Shown piece after piece: positions 39,701-49,412 of a stretch of DNA of 64,000 bases; position 1 is the stretch's first letter; every line of letters starts with the position of its first letter. The DNA lies in the NCBI GenBank assembly GCA_965202585.1, contig OZ241831.1, forward strand, positions 63,922,001 to 63,986,000. The letters are read 5' to 3'. The translations under genes were made by a program, and so were the position numbers. This DNA comes from Thalia democratica. Taxonomy: Eukaryota. The notes below the pieces were generated by a model. That model made no database searches. It had not been told where the DNA came from and worked only from the letters and a program-made list of their open reading frames with translations.

Positions 39701-42700
39701 CAAGTTTTCCACTTCTAGTGCACTTTCATAATCTAAAGCCTGCTCCTGCCTATTGGTGCTTACCTTACTTTCATTTTCAATTCTGTAGGGCCCAATTTTA
39801 TTACAAGTGGTTTGTATCTTATTTTTCTCAAACTCTGACTTATTTAACTGTTGGTCAAAGGGTTGGTAGTTTTCACTACTTAAAAGGACGCCATTGTGGG
39901 CTACCGATGTTGGTGGCCCAACATCTAAAGCCTCAGTTGGGTCAGGGTGACTTCCTGTGGGCAGATAGTCAACCTGACCTTTTTGTTCATACATCTCATT
40001 TATCTTATTATAGTTGGACATAATAACTATATACTACTTAATGCTACTTTAGGCTACTTTATATAAATCAGACAAGACAATTTTGAGTGATGACTCTTTA
40101 TATAAAACAAAACAAGAAATAATAGCATATACAAAACTATAAATTACTATGACAAACTTTTTAGAAACTACAATCTATTTAAATTTCTTTAAAAGACTTT
40201 AAACAATAAACTAAAAATTAAATAAAACTTTTAGTAAAGAAGAAACTGTAAAAGAATAAATTATTAACTATAAACCTGGCTTATATATTAAAACAATTAA
40301 ATACCAGTTAAAATGTTTACTTTTAATACAAAACAATACTTACAATACACAATAAGAATTCAATACAAGGTAGTTCCAGCTGCCAATAACAACCAACCGC
40401 TTACAAATACACTGACTGTCATTTTCTGATATTTAGTTGCATCAGAAATAGTTTGAAACACGTCAGATGATTCTCATTGGTTAGTGCAATGAAGCGTGTC
40501 AAACTCAAAATATTCTCTGAGCTCAACTTTGAATAATGAATAATGCACGTATTCATTACACAGTTCTTTTTCATTAGACGTTTATTTTTAAAAGCATCTT
40601 ACTTTGAAATAATTCGTCAAAAAATTATTTTAAGAAAAGTATTTTTCCAACAAAAAACTTTCTACTTATTAACACAAATTTTTAAACTCAAAAGCTAGAT
40701 AACAAAGTCTAAGATGCAACATTTTAAATTAGTTAGTTATCAGTTTAAAGTTGCATATGTTGTAATCATTTGTACTCAAGAACTAATTATAACTAATTAT
40801 AAATATAATAAAAATAACTATTGAAGCAAAAATAAAACTTTAAAAATATTCAAGAAAAATTTAAATAAATCATAACGTGTTTAAACCAAAGAATATATTT
40901 ACTTATAATGTATTTAGAATTGTTTATTGTATTGCTAACAGTACTTGAACAATTTGGCCAACACCAATTATTTAAATAGTCTTCCATAAGATTAAAGTAT
41001 GTTTTACATGAAACATCGATTTATTTTAGTAATTTTTCTTATAATAAAGTTGAACAAGCACTCATTTTGTTGAACATTTTATTTATTTCGTTATATTTAT
41101 TATATTTCAATTATCTATGTTTTTTCAGAATGTGTTCGAGGTACCAATAAAGTTTGTACCAATCTTGCACTCATTTTGTTAAACATTTTATTTTTTTCGT
41201 TATATTTATTATAATTTAATCAATAATTTATTATCAGAATGTGTTCGAGGTACCAATAAAGTTTGTACGCCGTTCATGATGGGCGGTATTCTACACAATG
41301 ATTGTAAATATTCGAATTTTATGAAATCTGGTTATTGTGTGTCCGACAGAAAAGTGTTTCCGTGTGGTGTATGTGAAGACGAAGCGACCCCTACCGGTTA
41401 GTTTTATTTTGGTTGTAGTAAAATTTGTAGAAGGTTTTTTAAATCAGGTAATTTTTCACCGAACAACGACATTTTCAAGCCACATAAATCGAATATATAA
41501 AGTTTTGTGCTTATTTACTTGAGTGATTTATGAAAATCAAATTCAACAACAAACACTTATTACCTTTCAGCTGTGATATATAACTTTTTAAACTTTGTTA
41601 GATTGTTGAGGAAAGACTTTTAAAATTAGTTAAATAATTCGAGATTTACAAATGTAATGTTTTACTAACTTTAAGTTGATAAAATAAACTATGTTGAAAA
41701 CATTAAAATACTTGGTTAGATTTTATTAACAATTATTTACAGAATCCACAACTCAAATTGCTAATGAAGAAACTACATTAACAAACATTGATTATGAAGA
41801 GGCTACAGATTACCTAAATGTACCACCAGAAGAAACTACAGTTTCTAATAATTATTTACAAGAAACAACAACAACTGTTCCTAAAGCAAAAAGTAAGTTC
41901 TATGTTAGGACAGTCAAATTTTAGTTCATCATAAAAGGAATAAGACATGATTTTCTTTTAAATAAATTGATCATTTTCAGTTTTCAAACAAGAAAAAGGT
42001 TTCTATAAAAAAACCCTTCAGCAAATAATAAAAACATTTGAGTAAACATTTAAGTTTATATGAAAATATTTTTATCAAACAGAAGAATGCGTATATGGAA
42101 CTGATGAGAAATGCACACCATTTACCTACAAAGGTGTGAATTATGATAGGTGTGAATATGACTGGAGAATTGGTCACTGGTGTGTCGGAAAACACCAATC
42201 TGGTAAAGAAATATCACAGTGTGGTGAATGTACTGGTCAACATGAAATTACAAGAAATCTTACAAAAAGTTTGTTCATTTTATTAGTTTTGTTTATTAGA
42301 TTTTTATATTTTAATAATATAAACAAATTACTGCAAATTATTATACTATCTATTTGTACATTTATCTAAACTTTTTAATTTTTATTAACAGTTTATATAC
42401 TAAAAATATCAGCAGTTTTTAGAATAAAGATAATTTAAATAATACTTATTTTTCTAATCATTTAGTTAAAATATCTAACTTAATACAATCAGATCAGCAA
42501 GAAAGTTCTGGTAATGAATCTAATGATGATGAAGATTCAAATAAAGGATCTTCGGGAGATTTTGTTAATGAAAAAGAAAACAGTTTGGATGACTCAACAA
42601 GAAAAGTAGTAGTAAAAAGTTAGTTTTTTTCTTGTTTAAAATAGTCTAGTATGGTGCTTGTTGTTTAATTTAAATAAATCAGATTTTTTATAGTTTTTAC

Positions 42701-45700
42701 AGTGGAAATACATTGAAAATTATTTAAAAAGTTTTATTTTTGTAATACAGGAGTTTTAAAACTTCTAAAATAATACTTAAGAGTAATGTTTTATTATAAA
42801 TTGACTAGATGCACATGTTATAACTGTTAGTGAAAGATATATTTAGTTCCATCAATACGAAAATACTAATACGAAATAGGCTAGCTAGAAATTTTTGTTC
42901 AAAAATAATACTTTAAAATTTACTCTTTATTCATAAGAACATGCCAGTTTGTTGTATAACTGTTTTCATAAACTAATTATTCTTAACAGAATGTGTTGAA
43001 GGAACCAATATAGTTTGCACACCATTTACTTATAATGGTGTTAAATATAATGATTGTTACTCTGGTTATCGGTCCAATATGTGCAAAATAGATGGTTCGA
43101 ACACTTTTCAAGATTGTGGCGAATGTATTGGTGAAATTCAAGCCAATTCAATAATTAAACCAACAATCGATCCTAGAGGTACAAATAAAGAAGATCAATC
43201 TCCAAGACCTAATGTAAAGGATTTAGTAAAAGAAGCAGACGAAAGAACTCCGTTGCAGATCTTAGATGAGTTAAAACAAAGTGGGTTTCGAATATCTAAA
43301 ATGCTTGATTTAAAATACTTTTTTTATAACGTTTTTCAAGTATTTATTAATTTATACTTGGTTATTGTTTTAATAAAATTAAATTTTTCAACAGAATTTG
43401 AATGTGGCAATCATGAAGAATTCGATAGGTTGATTCAATCTCTTCAAAATAAATTCAGTTAGTTTTATTTGTAGTAGTTTACTTTTGCTCTTTTATAAAG
43501 TTATAAAAGTAATATACTAACAATTCGCATAGTTGCTATGTTTTGAAATTATTTACTGGTTATATACTAAAAAAAACTACAGCACAAAAAGCAACTACAA
43601 ATGCACCAATAGAAGCAACTTCTTATGAGAATCTGCCTTATGTTTATGAAAATGAAGCTACAACTTCTTATAAGGATCATCCTGGTATTTATGAAATTGA
43701 AGCAATAACTTCTTATGAGGATCTGCCTTATGTTTATGAAAATGAACCTACAAATTCTTATAAGGATCTTCCTTATGTTTATAAAAATAAAGCTACAACT
43801 GCAGATGTTGACGAAACTTCTCTGTTTACTGAGGAACCTCCACAAAATTTAATACAACCTTTAGTAGATGCAACAAGGAGTGTTGATAAAAATCCGATGA
43901 TAGAAAGCAAACCAGTTGAAAGTAAGCTGCTTTGATGTTTAAACAAAATATATGTAAAGTTAATATAAACTTGGTAAAATATTTGTCACATTTATGTTAT
44001 ATATTTTTTTAAATAATAATTAGTTTTTAAAAAGAAATAATAAAAAAAATGTTGTACATTTCATAAGGTTAGTAAATACTTGATATTATGTCATATAAAA
44101 AAATCGGTTTTGAGCATGTAATTATATTATTTATATAGCAAATTAGATATTTGTTATTTTGTAAACAGTTTGTATAGAAGGAACAAACGTAGCTTGCGTA
44201 CCAGCTGAATCTGATGATTACGAACAATATAAATGTGTTTGTTATTTTGGTGGATTGAGTTGCAGGGACTTGAGAATTGGTTTTGAAACTTATGGTAAAC
44301 ACGTCAGCTCTGGCGAATGTGTTAATGGTGTTGAGGATGAAACAAATGGTTTGTAAATTATTTAATTTATTTGTCTCTTACAGTTGCTTGTAAGTGCTAC
44401 CTGCTTCAAATTGTGGGTTATTTAGATACTTATTGTATAAAAATAAAATATACTCCCATCAACAAAACATTTAAAATTCATTGATTGTAAATATTTGTTA
44501 AATATGTTATTGTTTTTTTATAATTTTTTCAATAATTTGCAGCATCAGGATATACAGATGAGCTGTCAGGAGATTTTTACGATGGCACCGATGTTTACAA
44601 AGGTTATCTAGATGGAGATTATTCAGATGAAGATGTAGAAGGTTATTTTGATGAAGATACGGGAGATTACAAATATTACACTGATGATGATGATGACAGT
44701 GAATATTATGACGAAAATAATGATGGAACGATATATCCTGATTTTTTTTTTGATGAAGGTCCTGATGATTATGAATATGAGGATGATGATGATGAATATC
44801 TAGCTGCTACAGATGGTGATTATACAGAAGTTACAGAAGGAGCTTCTACAGATGATGATACAAGCGTTACAGATCAAGCTTCTGAAAATCTAATTGATGA
44901 TGATAAAACAAATACTGGATCAGGAGATTTCAATCAAGATCAATCTTCCTTTAGAGGTATAGATTCAATTGTTAACGTTTTAAAACTAAATGGTGAGCAG
45001 AAATATAATTCATATTACATTTAGTTTTATATGAGACTATTAGCTTTAAATTTTTTATTGATATACTAGCTACCATGTATATTTCTACTAAATTAAATTT
45101 TTTTTCAGTATTTATTTAACAATTGTTTATTATTTTGATAATAAGCAACTTTTTATTGAATCAATTTATACTATTTTACCAAGTTAAATTTCAGACAAAA
45201 CATCAACGAAAGAATCAATGAATTTCAACCAACTTTACGAAGAACACCATATGTTGAAGAAACTTAATAAATACGTTCAAGTGACAGGGAAAGAAGATCC
45301 ACGACCAAAAGCTACAAGTAAGATTATGAAAGTTTAGTTAAATAGATTGATTAAATAAAAATAATTCGAAAATTTTTTTTATCATATTAGTTTGTTTGTT
45401 ATGTAAAAACAAGTTTGTTTTGTACAAAAGGCAACCAGTGTAACAAATAAATTTTTTAAAACCTATAAGTATGCTCAACATATTATTTTTTTGTCTAAAG
45501 GGCCTATCACATAAACCTTCTAAAAAGAAGGTCGTTTAATTTTATTTATTTTATTTGATAATTTTAAACTTGTTTTAGTCTAATATATTTTGGAAATGTT
45601 ATAATTTTCATACTTATACTTGTTATTTGCCTGAAACGCTATACAGTTGTTTTTAGTAACTTTGTAAAACAAACTGTTTCAAACTGTTACAGCAAAACAG

Positions 45701-48700
45701 TGGTACACTTGATATAATTTCCAAATAATACATAAATTTGTCGAAAGGGGTTATCACAAAAAACTTACAAAATTTTTATTGTAAGTTTTATTTAAATATA
45801 TAAACAGTAGTACACTTAATATATTCTAAATAACACATAAATTTGTCTAAAGGGATTACCACAATAAACTTACAAATTTTTTATTGTAAGTTTTATTTAA
45901 ATAGTTAAACAGTAGTACAGTTTATATACTTTCTAAATAACACAGAATGCGTGCTAGGAACCAGCGTGGTCTGCACACCATTTGTGTACCAAAACTACGT
46001 GTCAAACGACTGTTTTAATGGTAAATGCATCGCAATGAATGGTTCGAGAATTGGTGACATCAACACTGGTGAACTGGTCAATTGTGGCGAGTGTGAACCA
46101 ATAGAAACACCATTTGAAGATGCAACTGAATCGGCAATTCAGTCTGAAGAAGTTGAAGGTGATTATTTTGATGAAGATTCTGATCAAGGCGCGAGATCTG
46201 ATCTTGAAGGTTCCACAGACGACACTGAAGTAGTTATGGGTTCCTCAAAGAATACCAGCCTCGTTAAACCTAGTTTGTTTTAGTTTCTTTGTTTTAAATT
46301 AGTTGACTAAAATTCTTTAAGTCTTAATACATAAAGTATTAATAATGAAGTATAGAGCTAGATAAAATAAATTTCAGAGTGCGTTCGTGGAACCAATAAA
46401 GTCTGCACACCATTTACTTATAATGGTGTTGTTTACGACGATTGCTATTCTGGTCGGTATGTTAGTTGGTGTCTTATTGATGGTCAAACCGGGAGAGAAA
46501 GTAGTTATTCAAGTTGCGGCGAATGTAAAGAACCAATAACAGAAACACCAATTACCACTACAACTGAATCAGTGAAAAGTAGTTCGTTTTTTTTTAATTG
46601 TAAATCATCTACAGTAAGAATGTTTCATTTCAGTTTAAATTTAGTTGGTTTTGATTTATATCAAAAATTGTTTAAGAATAGTGCTAAAGGATTTTGTTTT
46701 AGGTAGTGAGCTAATTCAATGAACCATAAATAGATATATATTTAAGATTTTATAAATTCTGGTCGATAGTGCTCGACAATACATAGATATATATAGCTCG
46801 AATTTTCCTAATAACTATATATATTTCTATATATATAAGTATATCAATCGGCAAAACAGATATTTAAGCAACTAGAGTACACTACTTTTTTAATATTTAA
46901 CAATGTTTTTAATAAAGTTACTGTTTTTGAACTAGTAGTTTACCCAAAAAGTTGCCTAAAATATTGCATGTTACCAATTAAGTCGTTTTAAGACCAGTAA
47001 ATCAAGACTTTTAATTAAAATTTGAAACCGTTAAATTTTATTAGCAGTGAAGAGCCAAGAGAAAAGTATTGCAAGCCGAATTGAGATATACAGAAAAAAT
47101 CTCCCCAGCCGGTATTCTCTTCCAAAAAATATTGGTCTTTTGAGAAGTAAGTTTATTTGTTCCTATCGATTTTTAAAGAAAAAACAACCGTTTTAAAATC
47201 TTCAGAGACTCAGTATTTTACATTTACACTTATAAAACTATAATTTTACTGTAATGCATCTAGTAGTGAATAGTTACGGTTTTCAAATTTATTTTGCATG
47301 ATAATATAATAATATTAATTTATCTGTTTACTGTGTAAAACAGCTTGACAGTATTTAGAAATTTGAAACAATATTTTTAACAGAATGTCGCGGAGTTAAA
47401 TGGTGTAGGGATCAAAATCGTCCTGGAAATTTAGTCCTATGTTGTAGAACTGATAAATCAACAAAATATATTCCTAAAACTACAACAGTTGAACCTGAAG
47501 TAGAAACGTCATCAGGAAATTATTCAGATGATACCGAAGTTGAAATGTCATCAGGAAATGATTCAGATGACACTGAAGTTGAAATGTCATCAGGGAATGA
47601 TTCAGATGATACTGAAGTAGAAAAGTCATCAGGGAATGAATCAGATGACATTGAAGTACAAGTGTCATCAGCGGATTATTCAGACAATAGTGAAGTGGAA
47701 ATGTCATCAGGAATTGATTTAGATGATACTGAAGTTGAAATGTCATCAGGGAATAATTCAGATGAAATTGAAGTTGAAAGGTCATCAGGGAGTGATTCAG
47801 ATGACACTGAAGTTGAAATGTCATCAGGTAATAATTCAGACGAAACTGAAGTAGAAATGTCATCAGGAAATAATTCAGATGACACTGAAGTTGAAACGTT
47901 ATCAGGAAATGGTTCTGATGATACCATAGTTGAAATGTCATCAGGCAATGGTTCAGATGACACTGAAGTAGAAATGTCATCAGGGAATGATATAGATGAC
48001 ACTGAAAGAGACGTTGATTTCGATATTCCATTAGATCAAAGAACAAAACTTTCTGGTAAAGATGCAACAACAACTAGCACTACGAAAGTTGGCCAAACTC
48101 AAGAGTCTTTCGAAACTCTTTCAAATAACCAATTTGATCTTCCACTGGTTCAAAGAACAAAATTTTCCGATCAAAAAATGTCATTAACCAAACAGAAACC
48201 AGGCACTGATTTTGTTTCACCAGTTGATCAAAAAACAGCAGTTTCTGATTTAGAAGACACAACAATTAGTCCAACTGTAGATTCAAAAGAAACATCTGTA
48301 CAGCCTTCTGGTGATATTTATTATGATACAGAAATATCTATTGAGTCTATTGATGACACTGAATTTGATGGACATTTAGGCGTTCCAAAAAGTACTAAAG
48401 GAAAAAGTCAGTTTTGTTTTATCAAATTAAAAAATTTAAATTGAACTAGATAAAGCTTTAAAAATATCAAGTTTTTGTTTAAAAGATTAAGAGATATAAC
48501 TTAAAAATTGCATTTAATATATCTCAAAGCATTTTTAAATAATCTATAAGATAATTATTTCAATTGAAGAATATTCAAGATATTTAACTTTACAATACCG
48601 TAACCTAATTTTTTTTAAACAGAATGTGTTGAAGGAACCAATAAAGTCTGCACACCATTTACTTATGATGGTGTCGTTTATGACGATTGTTATTCTGGAT

Positions 48701-48762
48701 ATTGGTCCTATCAGTGTTTGGTAGATGGTGAATGGTCTAATTGTGGAGACTGTGTAGAATAA
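33769..48762 (+). CDS. Gene 3: large secreted acidic proteoglycan-like protein with 7 full and 1 partial six-Cys FN2-like modules, ~1270 aa
   Basis: Exons 33769-33826 (signal MKFILLLGCCILVNIISAK), 41238-41396, 41743-41892, 42083-42268, 42493-42618, 42990-43280, 43395-43457, 43583-43921, 44169-44348, 44543-44992, 45195-45317, 45946-46272, 46378-46578, 47384-48406, 48623-48762 (stop). All internal exons are symmetric phase 1-1 and open; no TM segment. Intron 1 contains the LTR element. Confidence 0.78.
33937..34602 (-). repeat. 3' LTR
   Basis: No differences from 39895-40560 found on visual comparison. Confidence 0.97.
35214..38750 (-). CDS. pol: Pol polyprotein (protease, RT, RNase H, integrase with GPY/F domain)
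   Basis: FLVDSGCEISILP protease; RT FVYLDDILVFS; RNase H LFTDASD; integrase HDRLH..CVVC, HIDLVGPL, SDNG, ERQH; C-terminal YHGPYRV. Lies in the -1 frame relative to gag. Confidence 0.97.
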   Translation of the reverse strand: MQNGWHHSTTSNKKRAPIFKTLRGHEDGDRKPLTMPTEPTFVGSTNKPWRSNQPSQSCQPNVKGEMRHVVKASQNFNTNWSFAITNTPSIDPKTLPQSLLFVKDNVTNVLFLVDSGCEISILPKNLTNGINNYFKPFSKSIKGIGNNEIHPIGSACVELQIGNLDIVKHNFWVTQESQSYGILGMDILMANKLTICPFALKLWHQQSNQTAKLFKAANLPTPVVLSTNSGDIKYSNNTTLEAKCETLLMNYPELTKTPDYTAPRKHNHFLEIIVDNYKPRMIKARRCNFTCQQKVDKNYSDLIARGAVVKGDANMCASPITVVPKKDGDLRICVDYTVLNAHTRPFSYPLPRIDMLSERIPGGTSFFSTLDLKEAYYSLPLHPNSQKYAAIITNSGVFVPKVTSFGLRNAPTRFQKFMDSILFSCKAFTFVYLDDILVFSDSADSHISHLKQVLETLSTNGLFLNKAKCSFAKTKVDFLGHTVGVDGVDVMESKVEAIKKLPLPTTRKELKRFIGMVSYYHKLIPNLSEVMAPLTEISGGPKKSNRKIIKLTDSQTKAYHDTKAMLVKSATISYEDHTKPLILFTDASDSHVGAVLEQEGKNGEMQPLAFFSKKLPPSKQVRHTFYKELRGVYLALKHFQSRVLGRSLIIRTDSRSVERAITNEVANQSPAEQRWICAIKEFNPTVKHIDGIKNVVADSLSRPPQSTAMYVKVCKEDSDYVYTSESNKSDSESDDYSIIDEDPLINSDCFSSEEKNTDTEAISSKKINKKAIATLQAKESGLMDNVCKMDKRIEYLEPEKLAVVIEEGNKRVILPEALRLRVFNMAHDRLHLGIEKTIEAIAKDYYWPTMIKDITHWVKSCVVCQATKVARYNRPKIGFFPDNTERFQFVHIDLVGPLNEISCNNKFILTAKDRATGFLVTMPIPDKKAVTVRNAFFQCWVGPFGVPQVVVSDNGREFVNTVLTEAFEQLGIDHRLISPYSPQTNGFIERQHKTINVALRALSDKTNWALHLPLITAAINNTFVEGSLYTPSQYALGASLNLSGRVMFNEIKENSLITTPNLLDTETFLNTMAKTGRQFKRYKNKPYYEPGIFECEWVWLRRQNKRKLSSLYHGPYRVHSCSEQSMVIQKNSGLLKVSIRNVKAYVPRHIESSATGNYNLRERKIPINYAETSSSDDL
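38651..38714 (-). promoter_or_regulatory. Predicted -1 ribosomal frameshift signal (A AAA AAC plus H-type pseudoknot)
   Basis: Heptamer at 38708-38714 in gag phase, 5-nt spacer, stem 1 CCCAUCUUCA/UGAAGAUGGG (10 bp), stem 2 UAAGAGG/CCUCUUA (7 bp). Confidence 0.85.
38684..40021 (-). CDS. gag: Gag-like protein, 445 aa
   Basis: Uninterrupted ORF upstream of and overlapping pol; C-terminal C-x2-H-x9-C-x5-C knuckle (CKNHRKYGNNTYECDAPDTC). Confidence 0.9.
   Translation of the reverse strand: MSNYNKINEMYEQKGQVDYLPTGSHPDPTEALDVGPPTSVAHNGVLLSSENYQPFDQQLNKSEFEKNKIQTTCNKIGPYRIENESKVSTNRQEQALDYESALEVENLEIEKLTKLVAQAKILEKKAILKKELNSIYNRLDEGQNKFQSKISYSDSSPVYTSSNTVGATHNISLKQRTLENCKLFPQIEAIRDPVIELRFFEDRCSTYGITDDTEKFEILQRIWPRADIIDFVEAYDEDRTYYNLFKFLEGKGSKLPRILGVSPSWSGPVKFQNLFLSAKQWARAAEEDRIKYFMYVHAPDNLKKKIKECFGLGYNEFLRRAESICNIEEQKVCEQAKNFTYEPNVLKYNKRYTTKQRWQDNIPQRQKYFRNYDHKRTQGYSGEVYNQRENYDTNINANTMPSNFLCKNHRKYGNNTYECDAPDTCRMAGITVQRQTKNELPSSRH
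39895..40560 (-). repeat. 5' LTR
   Basis: Starts TGTAATG and ends CCCACA on the minus strand; followed by a-TGGCGTC putative PBS; TATATAAA boxes at 40097-40104 and 40058-40065 (minus). Confidence 0.97.
45698..45945 (+). repeat. Intronic tandem repeat, ~108-bp period, ~2.3 copies, ending at the acceptor of exon 45946
   Basis: cagt(g/a)gtacac...aataa(t/c)acataaatttgtc...tattgtaagttttatttaaat is repeated; the last partial copy ends aataacacag. Confidence 0.85.
47497..48003 (+). repeat. Coding minisatellite: 13 x 39 nt (EVEMSSGNDSDDT) in gene 3
   Basis: 13 consecutive 13-aa units in exon 47384-48406; 12 contain Ser-Gly. Confidence 0.95.
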
Positions 48763-49412
48763 AACAATCATTATAATTAAAATAAGGATTAATATACTTT
48801 TGAACTGAATTTTTTATGTACTGTATAAAATGTGTCACTATTCATAGTAAAATTAAGTTTTTAAACTGTTAAAAGATCATATCAAAGACTTTTTGTTTTT
48901 TATTTCATGTTTAATGTTAATTACTGCTATATGTTAATCTTAAGAAGAAAAATACAAAAATATTTGTTTAAAAGAACATTTTATAATTCTTGTATAATTA
49001 ATTGTTTTTATTGCATTTAAAATTTTTAATCATTTTAAATATTTTTTTTTTGCAATATTTACAAATCATCTATTATGTTTTACTATATTTACATCTTTTT
49101 TAGTTTTAAATCATTAAAAAAAACTTGTACTTGAACTAAACTGGTTGTAAGAATTTATTATAATATTAACATTCTTTCATCATATTTTATTGCCTTTTTT
49201 CTATATCATTGTTCACATATGAAAAGAAAAATTAGTTGGTTTTTAGAAGTTTGCTAGATAATGGCATTTAAAATGACATTATTTTTTATCAAGTTAACTT
49301 TTTATTCTGTTGTATATATTAACGCTTTAAAACATTAATTCTTTACAATCATCAATATCATTTTTTTTCATCCACATTTTATGTATCTATTCCACAGAAG
49401 TTTAATAGTAAA

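Larger units (their letters stand above)
33937..40560 (-). mobile_element. Full-length Ty3/Gypsy LTR retrotransposon (CsRn1-like features), 6624 bp
   Basis: 666-bp LTRs with TG...CA ends, 4-bp TSD cagt (33933-33936, 40561-40564), intact gag and pol ORFs in PR-RT-RH-IN order, PPT agagaagatag before the 3' LTR. Clade call rests on the CHCC-type knuckle and motif style and is less certain than the Gypsy call. Confidence 0.97.

Noticed and set aside
35078-40023. Plus-strand ORFs within the LTR element (35078, 35662, 35829, 36078, 36277, 36607, 39718) and minus ORF 38674
   Set aside because: Antisense or alternate-frame by-products of gag/pol with no motifs.
47497-48003. CRISPR-like or prokaryotic interpretation of regular repeats
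   Set aside because: Repeats are contiguous in-frame coding units without unique spacers, and the window is clearly eukaryotic (spliceosomal introns, Pol III tRNAs).
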